A stretch of 64,000 nt of DNA from Actinomycetota bacterium (GCA_013152275.1 JAADGS010000090.1:1-64000), one strand, 5' to 3'. Shown: positions 19,082 through 29,047, counted from the stretch's first letter. A program made the numbers and translations. The notes: generated by a model from the letters alone, not told the origin.

Positions 19082-20457
19082 AACCTGGACATCCCCTCCG
19101 CCACGAGCCCGGACTCCCTCGCCAGGGTCTCGGCGAGGGGCCTGCATCGGGCGATCTGCTCCAATTCGTCGACGGTCGTCGGCACTCCCTCCGTGAGGAG
19201 CCGTCTCCCGTCGACCCACACATCCGATACCGAACGCGGGCTCGTGCAGTATGCGATCTGCTGGTACGGATCGTGGATGTTGGCCAGCTCCGCCGTTCCA
19301 CCGAGGAGTACGACGTCGGCCCGCTTCTCCGGTTCCAGACTGCCGATACGGTCCGCAACCCCCAGCGCCTCGGCTCCACCGATCGTCGCCATTCGCAGTA
19401 CCTCGGGCGCGGTCAGTGACGCAGGGTCGAGCCGGTCGACCTTCTGCAGCAGTGCCGTCATCTTCATGACCTCGAGCATGTTCTGGGAGTCGTTCGATGC
19501 CGCGCCGTCGGTACCGAGCCCGAGACGCAGACCGGCGGCCCGAAGCCTGGGCACGCAGCTCACTCCCGATCCGAGGATCATGTTGGCGACCGGGTTGTGG
19601 ACGCCGGCGGTGTCATGAGCGGCGAGTAGCTCGATATCGCCCTCGGAGAGCCAGATGAGGTGGGCGGCGATGACCTCGAGATCGAGCAGACCGATGGCCG
19701 CCGCCTGTTCGATGCTGTTCCTGCCCCAGCGAGACCGCGCCTCGACGATCTCCTCGCGGACCTCTGCCAGATGGGTGTGTACCGGCCAGCCCCGCTCGGA
19801 TGCCGTGGCAACGGCAGCCTCGAGCAAAGGGTCACTCGATCCCAGCATCGTCCCGACACCCATCCGGAAATCGAGCAACTCGGCCCCTGCAGCCGCCTCA
19901 TCGAGTGCCAGGTGCTCCTCGATGGCGGCCTCCACCGTGAATCGACGACCTCCAAAAGGATCGAAGGCGTCCTCTGCCCCGAAGGCGACCATGCCGCGAA
20001 GTCCTGCCTCGGCGAGGCCCTCGACGACCCCGAGACTGGCGAACGAGCCCGGGTGGTAGTGATGGAACATGTCGTTGACACAGGTCACACCCGAGTGGAG
20101 CAACTCGGCCGCCTTCAGAAGGGAGCCCTCCCTGGCCATCTCTTGCGTGAGCACCGCGCCCGCCGGAGTGACCACGCGCGTGCCCCACTCGAACAACGTC
20201 AGGTTGGACCCCATCCCCGGGATCAGTGCCTCGGAGAGATGGGTGTGCGCATTGACCAGACCCGGGATGACCACGCCCGTGCCATCACCGATGACGGTGA
20301 CACCGGGATGCGCCCTTCGTACGTCCGCATAGGAGCCGACCATGGCGATCGCGCCGTCGCGCATCAACACGGCGCCGTCGCGAACCTCCCCGATCGGACC
20401 GGACGTGAGCACCCAGGCCCCGCGCACGAGCACGTCTTCGCGTGCCGGCAGGCTCAC
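19069..20457 (-). CDS. Metal-dependent amidohydrolase, MTA/SAH- or purine-deaminase-like
   Basis: PGLVNAHTH, HTHLAE, AAHLIW, HNPVANMILGSG, LGTDGAASND. Confidence 0.9.
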   Translation of the reverse strand: MSLPAREDVLVRGAWVLTSGPIGEVRDGAVLMRDGAIAMVGSYADVRRAHPGVTVIGDGTGVVIPGLVNAHTHLSEALIPGMGSNLTLFEWGTRVVTPAGAVLTQEMAREGSLLKAAELLHSGVTCVNDMFHHYHPGSFASLGVVEGLAEAGLRGMVAFGAEDAFDPFGGRRFTVEAAIEEHLALDEAAAGAELLDFRMGVGTMLGSSDPLLEAAVATASERGWPVHTHLAEVREEIVEARSRWGRNSIEQAAAIGLLDLEVIAAHLIWLSEGDIELLAAHDTAGVHNPVANMILGSGVSCVPRLRAAGLRLGLGTDGAASNDSQNMLEVMKMTALLQKVDRLDPASLTAPEVLRMATIGGAEALGVADRIGSLEPEKRADVVLLGGTAELANIHDPYQQIAYCTSPRSVSDVWVDGRRLLTEGVPTTVDELEQIARCRPLAETLARESGLVAEGMSRLCEM

Positions 20458-21692
20458 ACGACACCCTCGACTTCGGTGAGCGACTCGTCGAGCACACCCA
20501 GCAGCTCGTCGAGTTCGTCGGTTGTGACAATGAGCGGTGGTGCCACGCGGATCGTCCCGTCGGCGTTCAGCATGGAGCCAACGATCACGCCGCGCCGCTC
20601 CATCGCCTGGACCACCGGCATTGCCAGATCGTCGGAAGCGACGTCGAATGCCCACCAGAGCCCGAGCCCGCGCACCGCCACCAAAGTTTCATGGCGATCC
20701 ATCAACCGGGCAAACCCCGAACCGAGATACTCCCCCATCTCGCGGGCTCGGTCGATGAGGCCTTCGCGTTCGATGATGTCGAACGTGGCGGTGGCGGCAG
20801 CGCACGATACCGGGTTGCCGCCGAACGTGGTGAGGTGAGACAGGGGCGGGTCGAGGAACGTGGAGAATATCTCTGCGGTCGAGATGAAGGCGCCCAGCGG
20901 CAACCCTCCACCCACGGCTTTGGCGAGGGTGATCACGTCGGGAACGACACCCCACTCCTGGCAGGTGTACCAGTGACCGGACCTACCCATGGCTCCCTGC
21001 ACGTCGTCGGCGATGAGCAGCGCCCCGCGCTCGGTGCACAGATCCCTGAGGCCGGGGAGAAAGCCGTCCGACGGGATCCGGACACCCGCTTCCCCCTGCA
21101 CGGGCTCCACGATCACGCCTGCAGTGTCATCCCCGATGGCCGCCGCCGCCGCATCGAGATCGTCGAACGGCACAAACGTGACCCGTTCGAGGAGTGGACG
21201 GAACGGTGCCCGATATCGTTCGCGCCAACTCACCGACAACGACCCGTAGGTGCGGCCGTGAAAGGACCCTTCGAACGCCACATACCCGGGCCGACCCGTG
21301 TACTTGCGCGCCAGCTTGAGAGCACCTTCGTTGGCCTCTGTGCCGGTGCTCGTGAGGAATGCAACGTCGAGGTCGCCGGGGGCGACCCTGGTGAGGCGCT
21401 CGGCGATATCGACCTGGGGTGGCAGCACGAAGCGTCCGTAGACGTTGACGTGTGCGAAGCGTCGCATCTGACGTTCCACGGCGGCGACGACCTCTGGATG
21501 GGAGTGACCGACGTTGGACACGGCGATGCCCGAGATCATGTCGAGATAGGAGATGCCGTCGGCGGCAGTGATCCGACACCCGGAGGCGCCCGTGATCACC
21601 ATCTCTTTCCGTCCAGGCACCGTCTGGGACAAGTGGGCGAGAAAGCCGTCCTTGTATCGTTCGGCAACCTCGGTAGGCATGGAGTCGGTCAT
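20454..21692 (-). CDS. Class III aminotransferase (ArgD/putrescine aminotransferase-like)
   Basis: YLDMISGIAV, STGTEANEGA, SFHGRT, VEPVQGEAG, LAKAVGGG, HLTTFGGNP. Confidence 0.92.
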   Translation of the reverse strand: MTDSMPTEVAERYKDGFLAHLSQTVPGRKEMVITGASGCRITAADGISYLDMISGIAVSNVGHSHPEVVAAVERQMRRFAHVNVYGRFVLPPQVDIAERLTRVAPGDLDVAFLTSTGTEANEGALKLARKYTGRPGYVAFEGSFHGRTYGSLSVSWRERYRAPFRPLLERVTFVPFDDLDAAAAAIGDDTAGVIVEPVQGEAGVRIPSDGFLPGLRDLCTERGALLIADDVQGAMGRSGHWYTCQEWGVVPDVITLAKAVGGGLPLGAFISTAEIFSTFLDPPLSHLTTFGGNPVSCAAATATFDIIEREGLIDRAREMGEYLGSGFARLMDRHETLVAVRGLGLWWAFDVASDDLAMPVVQAMERRGVIVGSMLNADGTIRVAPPLIVTTDELDELLGVLDESLTEVEGVV

Positions 21693-22465
21693 TGAGCACC
21701 TTCCATCTGACGAGCCTTGTGATACCAAGGAATCGTGATCCGTTCGATGAGGACGATGAGGCTGAAGAACCCCACGCCGAGCACCGAGAGGGCAAAGATA
21801 ATGGCGAATACCTCGTCGGTGTTGACTGCACGATTCTTCAACAGCAGCAGGTAGCCGAGCCCGCCCTTCGCTCCGACCCACTCCCCGAAGACTGCGCCCA
21901 GCACACTGAACGCCGCGGCCACTTTCATCCCGGTGAAGATGTGCGGTAGGGCCACGGGAATGCGAACCTCTCTGAAGATCCGGGCGCGGCTCGCCCCGAA
22001 CGTCCGCATGAGTCGCACCATCTCCGGATCGACCGCCTTCAGGCCGTCGACGGTGCTGACCGCTATGGGGAAGAAGGCGATCAGCACCACCACCAGCACC
22101 TTTGGCAAGATCGAGAAACCGAACCAGATCACCAGCACTGCTGCAACGGCCGGAATCGGGATGGTCTGGCTGACGATGAGCCAAGGGTATACGGCAGAAC
22201 GCACGACCTTCGAGTAGGCGAGCAGAACGCCGATGCTGATGCCGACCACCGCTCCGAGCGTGAAGCCCAGGACCATCTCGAGGGTCGTGATCCGTGCGTT
22301 GCTCAGCATGCTGCCCGGACTCTTGAACAGAGCGACCACGATCTCACTCGGCGCCGGGTAGATCCGGGGATCGGCGTGGGTGACGATGGTGAGCAGCTCC
22401 CACCCGAGGACCACGAGCAGCCCGAAGGCCACCGGCGGCAGCGTCTTCTTGAGCCAGTTAGGCAT
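21689..22465 (-). CDS. ABC permease, NitT/TauT (SsuC/ThiX) type
   Basis: Six TM segments; EAA-like MRTFGASRARIF; GAVFGEWVG..GLG. Confidence 0.92.
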   Translation of the reverse strand: MPNWLKKTLPPVAFGLLVVLGWELLTIVTHADPRIYPAPSEIVVALFKSPGSMLSNARITTLEMVLGFTLGAVVGISIGVLLAYSKVVRSAVYPWLIVSQTIPIPAVAAVLVIWFGFSILPKVLVVVLIAFFPIAVSTVDGLKAVDPEMVRLMRTFGASRARIFREVRIPVALPHIFTGMKVAAAFSVLGAVFGEWVGAKGGLGYLLLLKNRAVNTDEVFAIIFALSVLGVGFFSLIVLIERITIPWYHKARQMEGAQ

Positions 22466-23249
22466 CCGACGTCATCTCCTTGGCGCTCATGTCCTGTGTG
22501 TCGGGGTGCAGGTAGCGGATGGCCTGCGCCTTCAGGGCCGCGAACTCGGGTGACAGGACAGTTTCGTAGGGTCGGGGTCTGGGCAGGTCGATCTCGAGGG
22601 TGAGCACCACGCTCGCCGGACGTTCCGACAGAACGTAGACACGATCGGACAACCGGATGGCCTCGTCCACATCATGGGTGATGAACAGGATCGATGCAGC
22701 CGACGCCTGCCAGATATCGAGCAGCCATGACTGCATCTGCAGCCGGGTAAGGCTGTCGAGCGCCCCGAACGGCTCATCCAGCAGCAACACGTCGTCACCG
22801 GCGAGGAAGGTCCGGGCGAGTGCCGCCCGTTGCCGCATCCCCCCGGAGATCTCACTGGGGTAACAATGGCCGAACCCACCAAGCCCGAACCGCTCCAGGA
22901 TCTCCTCGGCCCTGGCCCGCGCCTCCCGGCGGGATGTCCCCTTGACCATGAGGCCGAGTGCCACATTGTCGGTGATGCGCTTCCATGGCATGAGCAGGTC
23001 CTTCTGCTGCATGTACCCGCAAGTGCCGAGTCGGTCCGGCGAACCATCGACCAGCGCCTCGCCGTCAGTCGGCTCGAAGAGTCCCGAGATGATGTTGAAC
23101 AGGGTGGATTTGCCACAGCCGCTGGGACCAAGGAGGCTGACGAAGTGATGCCGGCCGACCTGAACATTGATCCCGTCGAGGACTTCGACACGGCCAGAGC
23201 CCTTCCCGAACTCCTTCGAGATGTTCCTGACGCTGATGCGTTCGTTCAT
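22458..23249 (-). CDS. ABC ATP-binding protein, NitT/TauT (SsuB/ThiZ) type
   Basis: GPSGCGKST, ISGGMRQR, LLLDEPFGALD, ITHDVDEA. Confidence 0.95.
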   Translation of the reverse strand: MNERISVRNISKEFGKGSGRVEVLDGINVQVGRHHFVSLLGPSGCGKSTLFNIISGLFEPTDGEALVDGSPDRLGTCGYMQQKDLLMPWKRITDNVALGLMVKGTSRREARARAEEILERFGLGGFGHCYPSEISGGMRQRAALARTFLAGDDVLLLDEPFGALDSLTRLQMQSWLLDIWQASAASILFITHDVDEAIRLSDRVYVLSERPASVVLTLEIDLPRPRPYETVLSPEFAALKAQAIRYLHPDTQDMSAKEMTSDA

Positions 23250-23270
23250 GGGGCCCTTTCCGTGATTGAT

Positions 23271-23306
23271 GGCCGGGGGGGAATACGGCGTGCTTCCCCC
23301 CCGGCC
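23271..23306 (-). terminator. Stem-loop downstream of the substrate-binding gene
   Basis: 13-bp perfect stem GGCCGGGGGGGAA/TTCCCCCCCGGCC. Confidence 0.6.
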
Positions 23307-23317
23307 GACACCACCGC

Positions 23318-24313
23318 TCAGGGAAGGAACTCGGTGGTAATCAGGTTCTCCGGCATGGACTCGAGCACGCCAACTTGGACTGCCCAGGTTAGGTAGTCGG
23401 CAATCCCCTCGTCGGAGATCTCGCCGAACTTGCCGTTCGGGCCAAGGAAGTACGGCTTGACGTTATTGAACTCCGCGGTTGCGAATTCGACGTCGATGCC
23501 GTCCGCGTTGTCGGCCAGATCGGCGATGGCCTTGTCCTCGTTGTTCAGAGCGAAGTCATAACCGCGCGCCAATGCCTGGGCGAAGGCGGTCAAGACCTCC
23601 GGCCGGTTCTTGATCGTGTCGCCACTGGCGAAGAGCACCAGCTCCGGGTAGGGAGGTGCCCCATACTCGTCAGGCCGGAACACGTAGGGTGTTTCGCCTT
23701 CGAGTTCCAATACGACGGCCTCCGCGCTCCAGAAGCCGATGGCCGCATCGACCGTCTGGCCGATGAGGTTGCTGACCGCATCGAAACCAATCGTGACAAA
23801 CTCGACGCTGTTCACGTCGACACCGGAGCTCGACAAGATCACCCGTGCAATCGCCTCATCCGACGGCACGCCGGTGACACCGATCGTGCCTCCACCCAAC
23901 TGACTCGGATCGGTGATGCCGATCGCGGCAGTCGACATCAGGGCAGCAAGCGGTACCTGCTCCAGAGCCATGAAGATCTGGATGTCCTCGCCCTGGGCGC
24001 GCAACGAAGCAACGTCGGCGATCGGCGCTATGCCGATGGTTGCCTTCCCGGCCATCACCAGGCGCAACGTGTCTGCCGACGACGTCGGCGGCTGGATATC
24101 GATGTTGATGTTGGCATCGTTGAAATAGCCCTCGGCAAGCGCAGCGTAGATGCCGGTGTGGATGCCGCCGGGAACGAAGTCCAGGATCAGCGTGGCATCC
24201 GTCTTCTCGGCGAGGCCTCCCCCGCTGCCGCCACAGGCTGCGGCGACGAGCGAGATGGATAGCACCAGTACCATCAACCTGGCGATCCGTCCTCGTTTCA
24301 CTCGACTCGTCAT
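23318..24313 (-). CDS. ABC substrate-binding lipoprotein, NMT1/THI5 (ThiY)-like
   Basis: Lipobox AAAC; LILDFVPGGIHTGIYAALAEGYF; IGVTGVPSD; YGAPPYPEL. Confidence 0.85.
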   Translation of the reverse strand: MTSRVKRGRIARLMVLVLSISLVAAACGGSGGGLAEKTDATLILDFVPGGIHTGIYAALAEGYFNDANINIDIQPPTSSADTLRLVMAGKATIGIAPIADVASLRAQGEDIQIFMALEQVPLAALMSTAAIGITDPSQLGGGTIGVTGVPSDEAIARVILSSSGVDVNSVEFVTIGFDAVSNLIGQTVDAAIGFWSAEAVVLELEGETPYVFRPDEYGAPPYPELVLFASGDTIKNRPEVLTAFAQALARGYDFALNNEDKAIADLADNADGIDVEFATAEFNNVKPYFLGPNGKFGEISDEGIADYLTWAVQVGVLESMPENLITTEFLP

Positions 24314-24359
24314 ACCTTGCTCCTCTCTGTGTCGGTTCGCATGTCGTCGGTCGTCGGAC

Positions 24360-25040
24360 TCATGTTCTTCCACGCGGTCTCGGAGACCCTGGATCCCCGA
24401 AGGTCGCCTCCACCCATGCCATCGCTCGCGGCAGCTCCGCGGCGGTGTGCCGGAGGCGATTCCCCCAATCGGTCTCCCCTCTCTCGGTCGTCCCGTCGAG
24501 AGCCACACGCGCCCGCTCCTCCAGAAAATAGAGGCGGGTGAGCGCTTCGAGCGGTGTCGCCCCGACGGTCAGAGCACCGTTCGCCCGCAAGATCACCGCG
24601 AAGGCGTCGTTCAATGTCGCTGCGACCGCTGCACCCTGGACGAGGGTAGCGACGAGGTCGACGTCGTCATGGACTGCAACCTGCTCGCCCGCAAGCGCTC
24701 CCAGGCCGTGCAGGAGCGGCAGATCCTCGATGCCCGCGCCCCATGAGACGACGGCGGGCGGATGCCCTCGGCAGATAGCCCCGACGTCGGAACGCTCCAT
24801 ATACACGGCAGCATGCATCGCCGTCTCGAGCGGCGCTCCACCGACCCCCGACGGCGGGACCGCCATGTCGGGAACGATGATCACATCGTCCGGACCGGCG
24901 CCGACAAACGGGAGTGTGCTCGTAATGGCGAACCCGTCGCGCCATCTGGCCGAGACATGCCCGAAGGCCTCGGCCAGTCCGGCACCGGCCATCATCCGGG
25001 CGGTCCGAACAACGGTCTCGCGGACGGCACGCTCATCCAT
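24360..25040 (-). CDS. Class II aldolase/adducin-fold protein (decarboxylase-like subfamily)
   Basis: FGHVSAR, E..MH..VY..R.DV, AICRGHPP, ILRANGALTVG. Confidence 0.8.
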   Translation of the reverse strand: MDERAVRETVVRTARMMAGAGLAEAFGHVSARWRDGFAITSTLPFVGAGPDDVIIVPDMAVPPSGVGGAPLETAMHAAVYMERSDVGAICRGHPPAVVSWGAGIEDLPLLHGLGALAGEQVAVHDDVDLVATLVQGAAVAATLNDAFAVILRANGALTVGATPLEALTRLYFLEERARVALDGTTERGETDWGNRLRHTAAELPRAMAWVEATFGDPGSPRPRGRT

Positions 25041-26475
25041 CCCCCCCACCTCCCAATGGAACACCGGGAGGGCGCACGCCCCGAATGGCGATGAACCGGG
25101 TCCGCGTCAGATCCTCGTACGTGTAGCCGATGCCCTCCCTGCCGGCACCTGCGAGCCCGACTCCTCCGAACGGAACCACCGGTGGTCGATAGTTGTTCGT
25201 GCCGTTGATCACAACGCCACCGACCTCGAAGCGTTCCGCCGCGGCCAGCGCCCGCTCCAGATCGCCGGAGAAGACTGCAGCGGTGAGGGCCAGCCGCGAC
25301 GAGTTGACGATCTCGATCGATTCCTCCTCCGTGTCGAAGGGGATCACGGTGACGACGGGCCCGAAGATCTCATCATCGGCCACCACGTCGGCACCGGTCG
25401 GCACCGAGTCGAGCAGCGCCGGCCGGTACCACGCGTCCCTCGCCGACACCTCACCGCGCACAAGGGTCCCGCCCTGGGCAACGGCGTTCGCGACCTGGGC
25501 CGCAACCCGGGCTGCACTGCGGGCATCGATGAGTGGGCCAACCTCACTGCGCTCGTCGGTCGGGTCGCCGACGGTGACCGCCGCCAACGCCGCCTCCAGC
25601 CGCTCGGCAACCTCTGCGGCAACCGAACGGTGCACGACCAGTCGCTTGGTCGCCGCACACGCCTGACCGTTCATGAGCATCCGACCCCTCATCGTCTCGG
25701 ACACCACCAGGTCCAAATCGGCGTCATCGAACACGACGGCGGCACCGTTCCCGCCCAGCTCGAGGTGAAGCGGCCGCAGCATCCGGGCGGTCGCCTGTGC
25801 GACCGCCATTCCGGCTCCGACGCTTCCGGTGAGCGAGACGGCATCGACGCCTGGGGCTGCACAGAGGGCGGCACTGATTACACGGTCACCAGGGAGAACC
25901 GTCAGTACGCCCTCCGGCAGCCCCGCATCGATGAGGACCTGTGCGGTGGCGATGGTCGCCAGCGGGTTCTGTGGAGGCGGCTTGATCACCACCGTGTTGC
26001 CCGCAGCGAGCGCGGCCCCCGCTTTCTCGACGGTGAGCTCCACCGGAAAATTGAAAGGAATCACGCATGCCACGACCCCCAGAGGCACCCGCTCGACGAG
26101 AGTCAGGTCCCGCTCGCCGCCGGGCAGGGCCCCCGTGGGTGCCAGGTAGCCGGCATCGAACCGGCCCACATGAGCGTTTTCGTCGAGGAGAGCCGCTGCC
26201 CCCAAGACCTCCTTGCGGGCCTGGGTGATGACCTTGCCGCTCTCGCGGGCGTGAGCCGGTCCGAGTTCCCCGGCCCGCTCCTCGAGCAATGCAGAAGCCC
26301 GGGAGAGGACGGCCGCCCGCTCGTGTGGGGCAGCCCGCCGCCAGTCGCCGAACGCCCGCCTGGCAACGGCAACGGCACGGATGACGTCATCGGGAGTCGC
26401 CTCGCGGACCGAGCCGAGAACCACGCCGTCGGCAGGGGCGTGGATCACTCGCTCGGTACCCGAGGCGATCATCAT
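25033..26475 (-). CDS. Aldehyde dehydrogenase
   Basis: IPFNFP, LTGSVGAG, ELGGNGA, GQACAAT, EIFGP, PFGG. Confidence 0.92.
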   Translation of the reverse strand: MMIASGTERVIHAPADGVVLGSVREATPDDVIRAVAVARRAFGDWRRAAPHERAAVLSRASALLEERAGELGPAHARESGKVITQARKEVLGAAALLDENAHVGRFDAGYLAPTGALPGGERDLTLVERVPLGVVACVIPFNFPVELTVEKAGAALAAGNTVVIKPPPQNPLATIATAQVLIDAGLPEGVLTVLPGDRVISAALCAAPGVDAVSLTGSVGAGMAVAQATARMLRPLHLELGGNGAAVVFDDADLDLVVSETMRGRMLMNGQACAATKRLVVHRSVAAEVAERLEAALAAVTVGDPTDERSEVGPLIDARSAARVAAQVANAVAQGGTLVRGEVSARDAWYRPALLDSVPTGADVVADDEIFGPVVTVIPFDTEEESIEIVNSSRLALTAAVFSGDLERALAAAERFEVGGVVINGTNNYRPPVVPFGGVGLAGAGREGIGYTYEDLTRTRFIAIRGVRPPGVPLGGGGDG

Positions 26476-26536
26476 GGAGACGACCCTCGCTTACCTTGCC
26501 TGGAATTCGACCAACCGGCCATGCACCCCGCCGCTC

Positions 26537-26562
26537 TTGTCTCTAACAGAGACACAGTCTAC
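26537..26562 (-). promoter_or_regulatory. -10-like box plus palindromic operator, copy 1
   Basis: TTGTCTCTAACAGAGACACAGTCTAC: palindrome TGTCTCT-N3-AGAGACA with TAGACT on the minus strand; 23/26 identical to 38235-38260. Confidence 0.72.
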
Positions 26563-26774
26563 AGGAACCAAACGCCGATTGCACGGCCCAGGCGGTGATT
26601 TCGTGCCGGAATGCTCACTTTGTCGAGAACGACGAACATACCCGACAAGCGCATCCGAAGGAGGGATCACCGCCGTCGACGGTGAAGTCTCCGATGGACG
26701 CACCGACCGCCCGGGGCTCTCCGGCCTGATCAACGATGGCGTTCACCTCCTGTGAGCACGATTCGGAGGGAGAT

Positions 26775-28121
26775 TCAGCCCAATCCGGCCGCGGTGATGA
26801 TTCTGCGGGCGATCGGACGGGAGCGCTCCACCGCCTCGACCGGGTCGACATGCACGATCCGGCCACCCACGACCGACCGGGTACCGGCGACCCAGACATC
26901 CTTGACCTCCGTGGGCCCGGCAGAGTAAACGATCGCTCCAAATGGATCGTGAACGTTGGCCAACGCCGGAGCCTCTCCATCGAAGACAACGAGATCGGCA
27001 GCCTTTCCGGGCTCGAGCGACCCGACCTCGTGATCCAGGCCGAGCGATCGAGCACCATCGATCGTTGCCATCGCAAACGCCTCGCCCGCCGAGAACGCGG
27101 TTGCCTGGAGCCGATCGACCCGCTGTAGCAGCACGGTCGTCTTGATCGCCTCGAGCATATCTTGGCGATCGTTGCTGGCGGGGCCGTCGACTCCCACACC
27201 CACCGCGACACCGAGCGCACGTAGCTCCGGCACCGGACACACTCCCGACGCCAAGATCATGTTCGACACCGGGTTGTGGGCCACGCCCACCCCGTGTTCG
27301 GCGAGAAGCTCGCGATCGTCGGCATCGACCCACACGCAATGAGCTGCGATGGTCGGCGCTGCGAACAGCCCCGAACGTGCGCAGTGCCCGATGGGTGAGA
27401 CGCCGTAGCGGGAACGGATGACGGTCACCTCTTCCCTGACTTCCTGAAGATGGATGTGCACGCCGTGTCCGCCCGACGTTGCAAGATCGACGCTCTCCGC
27501 GAACAACGCCTCGGACTGCGCGCCGAGGGCGGCGATCCCCACTCTGAAGCGGGACAGCCGGCTCTGTGCTGCGGCTTCGGCAAGGGCGGCGTGCTCTTCG
27601 AGGAGCACCGGGATCCTCACGCCTCTGATGTCGGCCGCCCCGAAGGACACGACACCACGCAGCCCCAGATCGTCGAGTGCACGCACCACGCCGGGTGTCA
27701 CCGGACGACCCTGCTGCGGGTCGCACACGAACATGTCATTGGCCATCGTGATCCCGCTTCGCAGCATCTGCATCCCGCCGATCAGCGTGCCGACGTAGGC
27801 GGCCTCGTCGTCGAGATGTGGGGCCACGGGTCCGATCAAGGCGTCGATCCACTCCCAGAGCGTGTACTGCTTGGCGATACCGGTGATGAGCGGCTCCGAG
27901 AAGTGCCCGTGGGTATTGATGAACCCCGGGGTGACCACATCGTGTGGCCCGCCGGCGACGACATCCTCGGGGAACCGTGCCCGAAGGTCCTTCCAGGTTC
28001 CGACCGCGTCGATCCTGTCGCCCAGGATCCTGACCGCCCCATCGGTGATCACCGCCGGTTCTGCCGCGGTCAACACATGACGCGCGCGGATCAGCGTCGC
28101 CTTCTTCATGTCTTCATCCAC
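26775..28121 (-). CDS. Metal-dependent amidohydrolase, MTA/SAH- or purine-deaminase-like (paralogue of 19069-20457)
   Basis: PGFINTHGH, HIHLQEVREE, AAHCVW, HNPVSNMILASG, GVDGPASND; start may be ATG 28109. Confidence 0.9.
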   Translation of the reverse strand: MDEDMKKATLIRARHVLTAAEPAVITDGAVRILGDRIDAVGTWKDLRARFPEDVVAGGPHDVVTPGFINTHGHFSEPLITGIAKQYTLWEWIDALIGPVAPHLDDEAAYVGTLIGGMQMLRSGITMANDMFVCDPQQGRPVTPGVVRALDDLGLRGVVSFGAADIRGVRIPVLLEEHAALAEAAAQSRLSRFRVGIAALGAQSEALFAESVDLATSGGHGVHIHLQEVREEVTVIRSRYGVSPIGHCARSGLFAAPTIAAHCVWVDADDRELLAEHGVGVAHNPVSNMILASGVCPVPELRALGVAVGVGVDGPASNDRQDMLEAIKTTVLLQRVDRLQATAFSAGEAFAMATIDGARSLGLDHEVGSLEPGKAADLVVFDGEAPALANVHDPFGAIVYSAGPTEVKDVWVAGTRSVVGGRIVHVDPVEAVERSRPIARRIITAAGLG

Positions 28122-29047
28122 GGTCTGCCGAGCGCCGCGGGGGGCTTACCGCTGCGCGCCGCGACGGCGTAGGCGACCAGTGTCAGCACGAACGGGATCA
28201 TCAGCGTGATCTGGAATGGGATAGAGACGATACCGAGTGCCTGCACCCGCACCGCGATGGCATCTGCCGCCCCGAAGAACAGCGCGACGCCGATGGCCCA
28301 CATGGGGCGCCATCTCGTGACGATGACGAGAACGAGAGCGATGAAACCCGTCCCTCCCGTCATGTTCTCGATAAAGGTGAACAGCTGTGCGAGTGAGATC
28401 GCCCCGCCGCCGAGCCCGGCAAGGGCGCCGCACAGAAGCAGTGCCCCCCACCGGCTCCGGACGACCGACACGCCGACACTGTCGAGCGCATCCGGATCCT
28501 CGCCGGACGCACGCCAGCGAAGACCTGGCCTCGATCGGAACAGCACAAGGCTGAGGATGACCGCAATCGCCACGGCGAGATAGAAGAACGGCGACTGCTG
28601 AAACAGGACCTCGCCGAAGAACGGGATACCGGACAGGCCGGGGATGTTGATCGGCTCGAAATGGGCGACCTCCAACTGCTGGGTCGTACCAAACATCAGC
28701 CGTGACAAGTACGTGGTGAGCCCGAGAGCGCCGAGGTTGAGAGCGATCCCGCTCACGATCTGGTCACCCGCCCATCGGATGACCACCACACCATGAAGTG
28801 CTGCCACCGCCATCCCGCCGAGTGCGGCGGCCACGGCTCCGAGCCAAGGGTTACCGGTCACCTCCGCACCCACCACACCTGTGAAGGCGCCCATGAGCAT
28901 CATCCCCTCGAGGCCGATGTTGAGGATGCCGGCGCGTTCCGAGATCACCTCTCCGGTACCGGCAAAGATGATGGGTACCGCCAAACGCACGGCGCTGGCA
29001 AAGAAGGCGGTGGAGATGAACAGGTCGACGATGGTGTCCACGGTCAC
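28106..29047 (-). CDS. Nucleoside-type (BMP/CUT2) ABC permease
   Basis: SERAGILNIGLEGMML, RASGEDP, GTGFIAL. Confidence 0.9.
   Translation of the reverse strand: MTVDTIVDLFISTAFFASAVRLAVPIIFAGTGEVISERAGILNIGLEGMMLMGAFTGVVGAEVTGNPWLGAVAAALGGMAVAALHGVVVIRWAGDQIVSGIALNLGALGLTTYLSRLMFGTTQQLEVAHFEPINIPGLSGIPFFGEVLFQQSPFFYLAVAIAVILSLVLFRSRPGLRWRASGEDPDALDSVGVSVVRSRWGALLLCGALAGLGGGAISLAQLFTFIENMTGGTGFIALVLVIVTRWRPMWAIGVALFFGAADAIAVRVQALGIVSIPFQITLMIPFVLTLVAYAVAARSGKPPAALGRPWMKT

Noticed and set aside
21689..24313. Thiamine salvage (thiXYZ) call
   Set aside because: The family fits, but no TPP riboswitch or thi/tenA genes were seen and the genes are embedded in the catabolic operon.
24538..26598. 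686-aa plus-strand ORF and similar long antisense ORFs (e.g. 35111-36772, 42219-43652, 54192-55667)
   Set aside because: Shadow ORFs opposite motif-bearing genes, expected in high-GC DNA; Arg/Pro/Gly-rich with no family motifs.
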